Shown here in pieces: positions 54,092 to 63,721 of a stretch of 64,000 bases of DNA. Made by a program: the position numbers and the translations under genes. The stretch is from Blastocatellales bacterium. Its GTDB lineage: Bacteria > Acidobacteriota > Blastocatellia > RBC074. The stretch spans positions 152,627 to 216,626 of the forward strand of contig JBFWXQ010000009.1 of NCBI GenBank assembly GCA_050187295.1, read 5' to 3'. Under the pieces are notes generated by a model. It searched no databases and was not told where the DNA came from. It saw only the letters and a program-made list of their open reading frames with translations. Position 1 is the first letter of the stretch; every line of letters starts with the position of its first letter.

Positions 54092-56098
54092 CTATTCCGC
54101 AAAAAACTCCTTCACGTCTTCTATTTTTCTGGTAATGCGCGAAGGCGGCAGGCTCTTCAAAAAATTCTGCCCGTAACCTTTCGTCACGATTCGCGGGTCC
54201 AGAATCGAAAGCACTCCGCGGTCAGTGGCGCTGCGGATCAAACGGCCAAAACCCTGTTTCAGCGAGATGACCGCAGCCGGAATCGAATAATCAGCGAAGC
54301 TGTTGCCGCCAGTGTTGTCAATATAACGTTGGCGAGCGGCGACAACCGGATCAGTCGGGACGGCGAACGGCAATTTGTCAATGATCACGCAGGACAAAGC
54401 TTCCCCGCGCACGTCAACTCCCTGCCAGAAACTGGCCGTCGCAAACAGAACGGCGTTCGGAGTTTGACGGAATCGATCCAGAATCCCCGAACGCGATCCT
54501 TCGCCCTGCATCAGCACCGGAAACTCGATTCGATATTCGACCAGATCACGCAGAGCTTTCATTTGCGAATTGCTGGTGCAGAGCACGAAAGCGCGTCCGT
54601 GACTGGCATTCAGGATTTTGACGATTTCTTCGGCGGCGGCTTCGGCAAACCCGGCGTCGCGCGGATCTGGCATTTTCGGCGGCAGGTATAGCAACGATTG
54701 TTTCCGGTAATCGTAATTCGATTCGGCGATCAACTCCGTGGCTCGGTCAATTCCCAATCTTTGCCGCATAAATTTGAACGAACCGGCGGTCGTCAGTGTC
54801 GCCGAGGTCATGACAACAGATTCTATCTTAAACTGCCTTTCCGTTTCGGCCTCATCGCTTGCAGGTTCGTTACGGCTGAAAAGCCTGTCGTTCAGAATTC
54901 CAGACATTTCAATCGGTGTGGATTGCAGAAAGATTCCACGCCCCCGACGCTCACACCAATTGATGAACGTCTGATCTTCATTGAGGACGATGAAATCCAG
55001 ATCGAACTTCAATTGCTCCACTCGGCGTTGGATCGCTTCCATTTCCGGCGGAGGTTCTTTGACCACGTTCAGCTCACTGCCAAGACGATCCAGAGCTTGC
55101 CGCAGCGACCTGAAACGTTCGCCAGCCGGACTCAGATTTTCGTTTCCGTTGCGATCCCTGCGAACGAACATTTGCGGCCGCAGGACAAAACGCCCTTCTC
55201 CGCTCAAAGTGGTTATCGAAAAAGCCGTATCACCTCCAGTGAAGTTGAGCCAGAAATTTTCGGCCACTTTTGCCACACGGACTGAGGCCTTGGTGATTTC
55301 GCGCGCGGCATCAACATCTGCGATCGCCAATCTGGAGATGTCATTGAGCAGATCGTCTAACTGATAATTAGAGACGTTGGCGCCGAAATATTGCGCGGCG
55401 ATGTCTTCTATTTGATGAGCTTCGTCAAAAATCACCGCGCTGTAATCGGGCAAAACCTGTCCCCACTCCTTGTCTCGTAAAGCCAGATCGGCGAAAAACA
55501 AGTGGTGGTTGACGATGATTATCTCGGATTCCAAAGCGCGCTGCCGGGCTCTGGTGATAAAGCAGGCGTCGAATTCAGGACATTTTTGTCCGATGCAAAT
55601 GTCCGACCGGGCGTCTATATGACGCCAGAAAGAAATGTTGTCCGGAAGCTGAGCCAGTTCGGCGCGGTCGCCAGTTTCACTTTGATAAGCCCATTCCCTG
55701 ACCAGATCGAAATGCTCAACCTCGTCCAAACCGTCCAGCACAGGTTGAGATTCGGCACGCTTCAATCTCAGCAGGCAGACGTAATTCGACCGTCCTTTCA
55801 GATACATCGCCTTGAACTTTTTAGGCAGAACGGATTGCAGAAAAGGAATGTCTTTGAAGAAAAGCTGCTCCTGCAAATTCTTTGTGCCGGTCGAGACAAT
55901 AACCCGACGACCAATGGCGATGGCCGGAATCAGGTAAGCCAAAGTCTTTCCCGTTCCCGTTCCTGCTTCGACCAGCAAATGATGTTTATTCATCAGAGCA
56001 TCGGCCACAGCTTTCGCCATAGCCACCTGACCGGGGCGGTATTCATAATCAGGATGGTGGGATGCGAAAAGGCCTTTGGGCCCGAATATTTCTTCCAT
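54092..56098 (-). CDS. DinG/Rad3-family ATP-dependent DNA helicase
   Basis: Walker A (AGTGTGKT), DEAH box (IFDEAHQ) and an Fe-S Cys cluster region (..CIGQKCPEFDACF..). Confidence 0.8.
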   Translation of the reverse strand: MEEIFGPKGLFASHHPDYEYRPGQVAMAKAVADALMNKHHLLVEAGTGTGKTLAYLIPAIAIGRRVIVSTGTKNLQEQLFFKDIPFLQSVLPKKFKAMYLKGRSNYVCLLRLKRAESQPVLDGLDEVEHFDLVREWAYQSETGDRAELAQLPDNISFWRHIDARSDICIGQKCPEFDACFITRARQRALESEIIIVNHHLFFADLALRDKEWGQVLPDYSAVIFDEAHQIEDIAAQYFGANVSNYQLDDLLNDISRLAIADVDAAREITKASVRVAKVAENFWLNFTGGDTAFSITTLSGEGRFVLRPQMFVRRDRNGNENLSPAGERFRSLRQALDRLGSELNVVKEPPPEMEAIQRRVEQLKFDLDFIVLNEDQTFINWCERRGRGIFLQSTPIEMSGILNDRLFSRNEPASDEAETERQFKIESVVMTSATLTTAGSFKFMRQRLGIDRATELIAESNYDYRKQSLLYLPPKMPDPRDAGFAEAAAEEIVKILNASHGRAFVLCTSNSQMKALRDLVEYRIEFPVLMQGEGSRSGILDRFRQTPNAVLFATASFWQGVDVRGEALSCVIIDKLPFAVPTDPVVAARQRYIDNTGGNSFADYSIPAAVISLKQGFGRLIRSATDRGVLSILDPRIVTKGYGQNFLKSLPPSRITRKIEDVKEFFAE

Positions 56099-56358
56099 CT
56101 TCAGGTTTGTTTAGCTCATCAGGATTTGTTTCAGCATTGAAACCGCAGTCTACCACACTGAGATTGCAATCAGCGACAGTCACAGTAACGTAATCCAGCT
56201 TACCTTTCGGTTTACAAGTTTTTACCGATGAATACTTGACTTCAGTGCGGGTTGAACGCAACCTGACGCCGACGTTCGCCGTACCTTGAATAGCGGCAAT
56301 CATTGTCGTCAAAGATCAAAAAATCTATACCGTAAACACCTATCAGAAGGAGAACATT

Positions 56359-56949
56359 ATGAAGCAGAGATTTCTCGCTTTGCGTTATCTGGCCAGTTCG
56401 CTGGCCATCAGTCTGGCTTTCGGACTTGTTTGTTTTGCCCAAACAGCATCCGGCGGCTCACAAGCGATGGCTGCCAAAAGCGAGGTCCCCGATCACATCG
56501 CGATGATGGTCGCCGACTGGACTCGCGCCCGCGATTACACCAAGGAATACCTGGACGCCATGCCCGAAGATGGCTACAGCTTCAAACCGACACCAGAAAT
56601 TCGCAGCTTTGCCGAGCAGATGCTCCATCTGGCCAACGCAAACTACGCTTTCGCAGTGGCGGCTACCGGAGTCGCAAACACCAACAAGGTGAATTTGGAA
56701 AAAACCGATTCAATGAAAACGAAAGCTGCCTGCACGAAAGCCGTGACCGACAGTTATGATTTCATGATCAACGCCATCAAAGGCGCTGATCCGAAAAAGC
56801 TTGGCGAAGCCATCAAGCTGTTTGGCCGTGACACGACTCGCGGCGGCGCCTTGGCCAAAGCCTTCGAACACCAGACTCACCATCGAGGTCAAACGACAAT
56901 TTACCTGCGATTGAAAGGCGCGACCCCGCCTGCAGAAAAGTTGTTCTAA
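56359..56949 (+). CDS. DinB/YfiT-like four-helix-bundle family protein, secreted
   Basis: 196 aa with a signal peptide. Conserved His residues (..QMLHLANANYAF.., ..FEHQTHHRGQ..) typical of the DinB_2 superfamily. AAGGAG SD. Confidence 0.55.
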   Translation: MKQRFLALRYLASSLAISLAFGLVCFAQTASGGSQAMAAKSEVPDHIAMMVADWTRARDYTKEYLDAMPEDGYSFKPTPEIRSFAEQMLHLANANYAFAVAATGVANTNKVNLEKTDSMKTKAACTKAVTDSYDFMINAIKGADPKKLGEAIKLFGRDTTRGGALAKAFEHQTHHRGQTTIYLRLKGATPPAEKLF

Positions 56950-56982
56950 CGCCTGCCACTTGCAATCTCTCTTGCAACAATG

Positions 56983-57025
56983 ACGAGTGAAAGCCAACAT
57001 GAGCTTTCACCCGTCATTTTCTTTT
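56983..57025 (+). terminator. 13-bp hairpin plus U-tract abutting the queE start (terminator or translational control element)
   Basis: GACGAGTGAAAGC-caacatga-GCTTTCACCCGTC (one G·A mismatch), followed by ATTTTCTTTT. It ends 1 nt before the ATG at 57026. An alternative in-frame ATG at 56999 sits in the loop. Confidence 0.5.
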
Positions 57026-57667
57026 ATGCGTATAACTGAAATCTTTCATTCAATTCAGGGCGAATCATCCTATGCCGGATTGCCGTGTGTATTCGTGCGC
57101 CTGACCTGGTGCAATCTGCGCTGTTCATGGTGTGACAGCGAATACACCTTCACCGGCGGAACCGAAATGAGCGTTGACGAGGTGATGGAAAAAGTTCGCG
57201 GCTATCATTGCCGGCTGGTTGAAATCACTGGCGGCGAGCCTCTGGTTCAAAAGCGCGAATGCTGTGAACTGGTCAGACGGCTTTGCGATGAAGGCTTCTC
57301 TGTGCTGGTCGAAACCGGCGGAGGATTGGATGCCAGCCCGCTTGACCAGCGAGCCATCAAGATTCTGGATGTCAAATGTCCTGGCAGCGGCGAAGCTGAG
57401 CGCAATTTCTGGCCGAATCTGGAAAAGTTAAACCCCTGTGACGAGATCAAATTCGTCATCAAAGACCGTGCAGATTTCGATTTCGCACTTCAAGTCGTTG
57501 ATAAGTACAAACTCAACGAGCGCGAGCCTTATGTTTTATTCTCTCCAGTCTGGGAAGCCGTTGAGTTGAAAAATTTCGCTGAATGGATCATTCAATCCGG
57601 CGTTCGCGGACGAATGCAGCTTCAGCTTCATAAATACATCTGGGGACCTGACGTGAAAGGAGTCTGA
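57026..57667 (+). CDS. queE: 7-carboxy-7-deazaguanine synthase (radical SAM)
   Basis: ..EIFHSIQGES..GLPCVFVRLTWCNLRCSWCDSEYTF.. is the hallmark QueE N-terminus with the CxxxCxxC-variant cluster motif. Start uncertain (56987 GTG, 56999 ATG or 57026 ATG). Confidence 0.85.
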   Translation: MRITEIFHSIQGESSYAGLPCVFVRLTWCNLRCSWCDSEYTFTGGTEMSVDEVMEKVRGYHCRLVEITGGEPLVQKRECCELVRRLCDEGFSVLVETGGGLDASPLDQRAIKILDVKCPGSGEAERNFWPNLEKLNPCDEIKFVIKDRADFDFALQVVDKYKLNEREPYVLFSPVWEAVELKNFAEWIIQSGVRGRMQLQLHKYIWGPDVKGV

Positions 57668-57676
57668 AGGAAAATT

Positions 57677-58348
57677 ATGCTCGGAGTTGTCTTGACCAGC
57701 GGGGGAATGGACAGTTGTGTGACTGCCGCAATTGCGTCCGGAGAGTGTGACGAAATCGCCATGCTACACGTCAGTTACGGCCAGCGGACTGAAAAGCGCG
57801 AACTGAAAGCTTTCAACGACATCGCGGATTTTTATGGAGTCCGGCGAAGACTGACAACCAGCATCGCTCATCTGGCGCAAATCGGCGGTTCGTCGTTGAC
57901 CGACCAACGAATCGAAGTCAGCCAGGCCAATCTCTCATCGAAGGAGATTCCCACCTCATATGTTCCCTTTCGCAATGCTCATCTGCTCAGCATCGCCACC
58001 AGTTGGGCTGAAGTTATCGGCGCCAATCAAATCTACATCGGTGCCGTGGCCGAAGACAGCTCAGGTTATCCTGATTGCCGACCTGAATTTTACGAGGCGT
58101 TCAACCGGGCTATTGAGGTTGGGACTAAACCGGAAACCAGAATTCAAATAGTCACCCCAGTCATTCATCTGAGCAAAAGCCAGATTGTTTTGCGCGGACT
58201 GGAAATTGGCGCACCACTGCATTTGAGTTGGTCGTGTTACAAACGCGAAGATGCGGCCTGCGGTGAATGCGACAGTTGCGCGCTCAGATTGCGTGGCTTT
58301 CGTGAAGCGGGAGTGGCTGACCTCATCAATTACGCAAAAGCGTCGTAA
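57677..58348 (+). CDS. queC: 7-cyano-7-deazaguanine synthase
   Basis: PP-loop N-terminus ([12 protein letters not shown]) and a C-terminal zinc-binding Cys cluster (C..C..CGEC..C). GAAGGA SD. Confidence 0.85.
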   Translation: MLGVVLTSGGMDSCVTAAIASGECDEIAMLHVSYGQRTEKRELKAFNDIADFYGVRRRLTTSIAHLAQIGGSSLTDQRIEVSQANLSSKEIPTSYVPFRNAHLLSIATSWAEVIGANQIYIGAVAEDSSGYPDCRPEFYEAFNRAIEVGTKPETRIQIVTPVIHLSKSQIVLRGLEIGAPLHLSWSCYKREDAACGECDSCALRLRGFREAGVADLINYAKAS

Positions 58349-58618
58349 CCGAAGATTTCTTGCCTTCGTCAATTGAAATATGAATTTGCGACGGATAAAA
58401 TCCGGCTCGGTTTTATTCATCGAGTTATCCAAATTATCATCGTATTCATTTATCGGAATCAGTTACATGGCCAGAATTGAGCGGCGTGGAAATGACTGGA
58501 TGTGAGTGTTTGGGCTCAGAATTTTTACGCAACGTTTCCGTCAATCGGCGTTCAACCTTTGCTCAAGATGGCTCTCTCAAGGTTTCTAAGCAGTTTTAGC
58601 ATCACACGGAGGAAAACA

Positions 58619-59881
58619 ATGAAGATCAAAAGTCTTTGGTCATTAACAGCAAGTTGCGCACTTTTGTTTCTGCTCGCAGCCGGCGCATTTGCTCAGGTGG
58701 GACGCATCGAAGGCGATGTCGTCAAATCAGGAACTGGTGAGCCAATTGTCGGCGCTCAGGTTGACATAGTGCGAACCGACATCAAAGGAAATTACCCTGT
58801 CAAAACGGATAAAAAAGGCCATTTTCTGCACGCAGGCGTCCCCTTCGTAGGCACCTACACCTTGCTGGTATCTGCTGAAGGTTGTGCGCCAACTTTTCTG
58901 ACCGGCATTCGTCCTGACAGAGAAGTTCTGAAAGTCGAGCTGATGGCCGGCGATGGTCGCAAGCTGACCATAGACGATGTGAAGAAAGCCGGCAGCGGTG
59001 CTCCGGCCAGCAGCAGCGGCGCTCCTAAAGTAAGCGAAGCCGAGGCCAAGAAAGCAAAAGAAGAATACGACAAGGCTGTTAAAGAGCGTGAAGAAGCTGA
59101 GAAGTACAATGCTTCCATCGCACAAATAAACACCTTGCTTCAGGCTGGACAGGCCGCAATTGACAAAAAAGATTACAATGCCGCCATCACTTCCTTCGGC
59201 GAAGCTGTGAAGCTCAATCCAACCATCCACATTTCACAAGGCAATCTGGGCATTGCGCTGCAAAAACGCGCTGTGGCGAAATTCAATGCGGGCGAACGCG
59301 ACGCGGCCAAACAGGATTTCACAGATTCGGTTGCGGCAATGGGTAAAGCGCTGGAAGGTTTGGATGCCTGGGAAAAAGATCCAAAACAGAAAAACGACCC
59401 AGCTCAAAACAAAACCACTCGGCGCACATACCTGACTGTCAAGACCGAATCCGAGGCTATTCTTGGCGGCAAATTCGGCGATTCATCCATGATTGACTCC
59501 GCCGTTCAGGATTACAAAACCCTGACTGATTTAACGGATGATCCGGCCAAGAAGAAAGAATATCCGGTGAAGGCTGCCAATCTGCTGCGCGAAGCAAGCC
59601 GACAGGAAGAGGCTGTGGTTGCCTACAAATCAGTCCTGGAAACCGACCCCGACAACATTGAAGCTTTATATGGTCTTGGCCTGGCTTATGCCAATGAGGA
59701 AAAAACCTGGCAGGATTCGGCCAATATGTTGCAGAAGTTTGCTGATAAAGCTCCGGCCAACGACCCCAGGGTCGAAGAAGCCAAATCAGTGATTGGCGCA
59801 CTTTTGCAAGGGAACAAGAATCTTGTCGCGCCTAAATCGGAAACGAGCAAGGGTAAGGCGGCCCCCAAAAAGAAACCCTAG
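58619..59881 (+). CDS. Secreted carboxypeptidase-regulatory-like domain plus TPR repeat protein
   Basis: Start at the ATG at 58619 (GGAGG SD 7 nt upstream), giving a signal peptide MKIKSLWSLTASCALLFLLAAGAFAQ. N-terminal CarbopepD_reg-like beta-sandwich (GRIEGDVVKSGTGEPIVGAQVDIVR), then TPR-like helical repeats. Confidence 0.65.
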   Translation: MKIKSLWSLTASCALLFLLAAGAFAQVGRIEGDVVKSGTGEPIVGAQVDIVRTDIKGNYPVKTDKKGHFLHAGVPFVGTYTLLVSAEGCAPTFLTGIRPDREVLKVELMAGDGRKLTIDDVKKAGSGAPASSSGAPKVSEAEAKKAKEEYDKAVKEREEAEKYNASIAQINTLLQAGQAAIDKKDYNAAITSFGEAVKLNPTIHISQGNLGIALQKRAVAKFNAGERDAAKQDFTDSVAAMGKALEGLDAWEKDPKQKNDPAQNKTTRRTYLTVKTESEAILGGKFGDSSMIDSAVQDYKTLTDLTDDPAKKKEYPVKAANLLREASRQEEAVVAYKSVLETDPDNIEALYGLGLAYANEEKTWQDSANMLQKFADKAPANDPRVEEAKSVIGALLQGNKNLVAPKSETSKGKAAPKKKP

Positions 59882-59905
59882 CTTCCGACTCACTTCGTTT
59901 TGAAC

Positions 59906-59944
59906 AAAAAGCCCGCAGGAGGTAAATCTTGCGGGCTTTTGTAT
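59906..59944. terminator. Bidirectional rho-independent terminator (TPR gene / CocE-family gene)
   Basis: A5 – AGCCCGCA..TGCGGGCT stem (9-10 bp, 12-nt loop) – T4, lying between convergent genes. Confidence 0.75.
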
Positions 59945-59965
59945 TTGAGAAGGGGCCCGAATTAC

Positions 59966-61828
59966 CTACTTTAAGACATTGACTTTGACTCTGGTTGAAA
60001 ACCTGCCGGAGCGGTAAATCCGTTGTGTTGCTTTCTGGAAATCAGAATCCTTTGCCTGATAAATGTTCAGAAACTTTTGCGGATTGCGATCCACCAACGG
60101 AAACCAGGTACTTTGGATGTGAATCATTATCCGATGGCCTTTCTTGAACGTGTGATTGATGTCCGGCATGGCAAATGGAATGTGTGTGACTTCATTTGGT
60201 TTCAAAGCTTCAGGCTTCGACCAGCTTTTGCGATACTTCGCCCGCATCGGCTCACCGCGCAGCAGCATTTGGTAACCATCCATCGGATCTTGTGTCTTGG
60301 CCGGATAAACATCTATCAATTTGACGATGAAGTCGGAATCAGTGCCCGATGTCGAGGCGTAAAGATCAGCCAAAAGCTCGCCTGAAATCGTCAAATCTTC
60401 TGTCAGCACATCAGTTTGGTAAACCAGAACGTCTGTTCGATTGGCTGAAAATCTTTGATCATCGGTCATGTATTCATAGTTCATGCCGGTGGCGATTCTG
60501 TTCTGGAAAGGCACAGGCTTATTCGGATCACTGATGTACTCGTCAAAAGCCGTTCCGGATTCTTTCGGCGCATCAAAAGACAGCTTTCCGTTTGCGTGCA
60601 GGTAAAGACTTCTTGCTTCCACATTTTTGGGAGGCCAGGATTCATAAGTTTTCCAGGTGTTCGACCCGGTTTCGAACACATAAGCTTCCGGCAATTTCAT
60701 CTCGCCTTTGTCCTTCAGAAAATGCATAAAGAATGGAAACTCAATGTTCTCCTGATAAAAAGCTGATGTATTCGATTCGAATTTGGCTCCGCCCAATGAA
60801 CTGCCATCCCGTCTGGACCAGCAGCCATGACACCAGGGGCCTTCAACCAGCACATTCCAGGCTTTCGGATTGTTCTTTTCGATTTCACGGTAAATCCACA
60901 ATGGCCCTTGAACGTCCTCGGCATCAAACCAGCCCCCAACGGTCATCACCGCCGGAGTCACTTTCTTCAGATGCTGCGGAACATTTTGAGCCTGCCAATA
61001 TTCGTCATAATCGCCGTGTTCCATCCATTCGTCCCAGAGTTTGATCTCGTTCTTCATATATTTTTGCGCATTGGGAAGCGCTCCCATATCAAGGAAGAAC
61101 TTGTAGCCATCGTTTGTGCCGTGGTCGAAGCGCGAAAATTGCGCTATGCCGGGGCCGGTTCTGGGACGACCGAAGTTGATGATGAAGTTGAAGGCGTGCG
61201 GAAGAAAAAAAGCCCCGTTGTGGTGCATATCGTCGCCAAGCCAGTTGTCTGCCATCGGAGCCTGCGGCGAAACAGCCTTGAGAGCCGGATGCGGATCAAT
61301 CAATGCCTGTGCAGAGTAATGGCCTGGATATGAAATCCCCCACATTCCGACTCGACCATTGTTATTGGGAATGTTTTTGATCAGCCATTCGATGGTGTCC
61401 CAGGTGTCGGTAGTTTCGTCTGTCTCATTCTGGCCGGTCTTTTTCGGTTTGTACGGGCGCATCCAGGCGAAATCACCTTCGGACATATTACGCCCGCGCA
61501 CATCCTGATAAACGAAAATGAATCCTTCCTTCGCAAACAGCGGCGATGGTCCAAGTTGCGGTCGGTAATTTTCCGGGCCGTAAGGCGCCACGCTATAAGG
61601 AGTTCTTTGCATGATGATTGGATACTTCTGCGAAGCATCCCTGGGCACATACACTGACGTGAAAAGCTTTATGCCGTCACGCATGACAAGTTGATATTCG
61701 GATTTGGCGTAATTGTCTTTGACGCTGTAGTTTCCCTGAGCTGATGAAGGCGATGGTGAGCTAAACGCCAATACTGCAAGCACAAGAAGGCCTGACGCCT
61801 TCCACAAATGCGGAACTCGAAGTTTCAT
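59966..61828 (-). CDS. CocE/NonD family hydrolase (S15 Xaa-Pro dipeptidyl-peptidase-like), secreted
   Basis: Start at the ATG at 61828 (MKLRVPHLWKASGLLVLAVLAFSSPSPSSAQ). ..GISYPGHYS.. nucleophile-elbow-like motif (GxSYxG). C-terminal beta-sandwich domain. Confidence 0.75.
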   Translation of the reverse strand: MKLRVPHLWKASGLLVLAVLAFSSPSPSSAQGNYSVKDNYAKSEYQLVMRDGIKLFTSVYVPRDASQKYPIIMQRTPYSVAPYGPENYRPQLGPSPLFAKEGFIFVYQDVRGRNMSEGDFAWMRPYKPKKTGQNETDETTDTWDTIEWLIKNIPNNNGRVGMWGISYPGHYSAQALIDPHPALKAVSPQAPMADNWLGDDMHHNGAFFLPHAFNFIINFGRPRTGPGIAQFSRFDHGTNDGYKFFLDMGALPNAQKYMKNEIKLWDEWMEHGDYDEYWQAQNVPQHLKKVTPAVMTVGGWFDAEDVQGPLWIYREIEKNNPKAWNVLVEGPWCHGCWSRRDGSSLGGAKFESNTSAFYQENIEFPFFMHFLKDKGEMKLPEAYVFETGSNTWKTYESWPPKNVEARSLYLHANGKLSFDAPKESGTAFDEYISDPNKPVPFQNRIATGMNYEYMTDDQRFSANRTDVLVYQTDVLTEDLTISGELLADLYASTSGTDSDFIVKLIDVYPAKTQDPMDGYQMLLRGEPMRAKYRKSWSKPEALKPNEVTHIPFAMPDINHTFKKGHRIMIHIQSTWFPLVDRNPQKFLNIYQAKDSDFQKATQRIYRSGRFSTRVKVNVLK

Positions 61829-61961
61829 TGCTTGATCCTCCGTCGGATGAATTTGGTAAAACGATTGGATTGAGATGACGGTCAAATCGGAGAGTAAACG
61901 TATCGCGATTAACTGGCAAGTTGCCGTAGAAGCCCATCCCTCTGTTCAGAATTTAATCTGG

Positions 61962-61992
61962 TTGCCAATCTGCAGCTTATTTTTGCTATAAT
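61962..61992 (+). promoter_or_regulatory. Candidate promoter of the DegP-family gene (extended -10)
   Basis: TTGCCA (61962-61967), a 19-nt spacer, then TGcTATAAT (61984-61992), about 70 nt upstream of the ATG at 62061. Confidence 0.35.
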
Positions 61993-62060
61993 CCCGCCGA
62001 CGCACAGTAGCAAACTTACCCCGCATCCGAATTGGTAGAGCATCCAGGAAGACTTTATTT

Positions 62061-63614
62061 ATGGATAACTTCGCTATTGAAAACAGCGAAACGCTCGAAC
62101 GCTACCGGCGTTCCCGGCAGCGTGCGATTCTGATTGCCGTTGCAGCCTGTTTTTTGGCGGTTGGCGTGATTGTTGGAGTGGTTCTGTCACAACAATCCAG
62201 TAGGGTGATTGCCGGAGACAAGGAAGTTAATTCCGAACTAGCTTCGGCTTTTGTCGAAGTCGCACGCCAGGTAGAGCCTTCGGTCGTCAACATCTCAACT
62301 GTAATAAAACCCAAAAAATCGCGGCGCGATCTGGACATCATTCCTGTTCCACGTCCATCATTTGATTCCACTGTGCCATTTAGCGACGCTGAGCCGGTGC
62401 GGCGTGGAAACGGATCAGGAGTTATTGTTGATCCACAAGGCTACATATTGACCAATCGCCACGTTGTCGAAGGCGCGGATCGAATTAAAGTTCGTTTTTT
62501 CGACGGTTCTGAGCTTCCAGCAACTGTTATTGGAAGTGATCGTGAAGTTGATCTGGCTGTGATCAAGGTTGAACCCGCCGTGCCATTGGTTGCGGCTAAA
62601 ATTGGCGACTCTGAAAAAATGCAGGTTGGAGATTGGGTTCTTGCCATTGGCTCTCCGTTTGGCCTGGATCAAACCGTTACTGCAGGAATAATCAGCGCCA
62701 AAGAACGGGACTCGTCCGAATTGTATAAACAGGTTGGTTTTCAATACTTTCTGCAAACTGACGCAGCAATAAATCGAGGCAATTCGGGTGGCCCTTTGAT
62801 CAATCTTTCCGGAGAAGTTGTTGGGATCAATTCCGCTATTGCTACCAGCACAGGGGATTACAATGGAATTTGTTTTGCCCTGCCGACCTCGGAAGCCATT
62901 GCAGTTTACAGACAGTTGGTCAAAAATGGTCGCGTCGTTCGCGGCTTTCTGGGTGCAATGACTGACCGTGTGACACCACAAATCGCCAAAGTTTATGGTT
63001 TATCCGTCACTCACGGAGCCATCATCAGCAATATCAATGAGACTATGCAGGTGGGAGGTAAAGTCGTTGAAAGCCCTGCCGCTAAGGCCGGCCTGAAACT
63101 CAACGACATAATTCTGGAATTCAGAGGCGAACGTATTAAGGATGATGGAGACCTGGTCCGGCAAGTGGCCTCTACTCCCGTTGGAACTGCCGCTCCGATC
63201 AAGATTTTCCGCGAGCGCCAGGAAATGACTTTATCAGTTGTGATTAGCCAGCGCCCGGGGCAGGAATTACCTGGCCGCACCGAGATTGAAAAATCCAGCG
63301 AAAGTGACGAACCACCGCGCCCAAACATTGGGATAAGGGTCGAATCCCTGACACCTATGCGAATTCTTGAAAAAGAGCTTGGCGACATCCAGGGGGTTTT
63401 GGTTTTACGCATCGAAGCTGGTAGCATATCGGACGACGCAGGACTGAAAGTAAACGACGTAATCGAAACGATAAATCGTCAGCCGGTAAAATCTGCTAAG
63501 GACTTTGCAGAAGCAATCACCAACCTCAACTCTGGTGATCCTGTGGTATTGCAGGTTTATCGGCAAAAATTTTCTCCAACACCGCGAATTTTTATCTCGT
63601 TCAATAAACCGTAG
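62061..63614 (+). CDS. Do/DegP/HtrA family periplasmic serine endoprotease with two PDZ domains
   Basis: N-terminal TM/signal anchor. Trypsin-like catalytic triad context (..TNRHVV.., ..DLAVIKV.., ..GNSGGPL). Two PDZ domains. Confidence 0.85.
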   Translation: MDNFAIENSETLERYRRSRQRAILIAVAACFLAVGVIVGVVLSQQSSRVIAGDKEVNSELASAFVEVARQVEPSVVNISTVIKPKKSRRDLDIIPVPRPSFDSTVPFSDAEPVRRGNGSGVIVDPQGYILTNRHVVEGADRIKVRFFDGSELPATVIGSDREVDLAVIKVEPAVPLVAAKIGDSEKMQVGDWVLAIGSPFGLDQTVTAGIISAKERDSSELYKQVGFQYFLQTDAAINRGNSGGPLINLSGEVVGINSAIATSTGDYNGICFALPTSEAIAVYRQLVKNGRVVRGFLGAMTDRVTPQIAKVYGLSVTHGAIISNINETMQVGGKVVESPAAKAGLKLNDIILEFRGERIKDDGDLVRQVASTPVGTAAPIKIFRERQEMTLSVVISQRPGQELPGRTEIEKSSESDEPPRPNIGIRVESLTPMRILEKELGDIQGVLVLRIEAGSISDDAGLKVNDVIETINRQPVKSAKDFAEAITNLNSGDPVVLQVYRQKFSPTPRIFISFNKP

Positions 63615-63721
63615 TGAACTAATATTTTCGATCGGCAGCTTAATCAACCTGGACCAGCGTCCAAAGCGGACCGCTTTCCTTGTTGCCCCTAAAACCTAAT
63701 ATGCCCCGGAGGTGAAACGTG

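Noticed and set aside
56099-56358. Looked for a LexA/SOS box in the divergent DinG / DinB-like promoter region
   Set aside because: There is only a weak imperfect GAACG..N..CGTTC-like inverted repeat. I do not know a validated LexA consensus for this lineage. The DinB-fold protein is not Pol IV, so an SOS link is unsupported.
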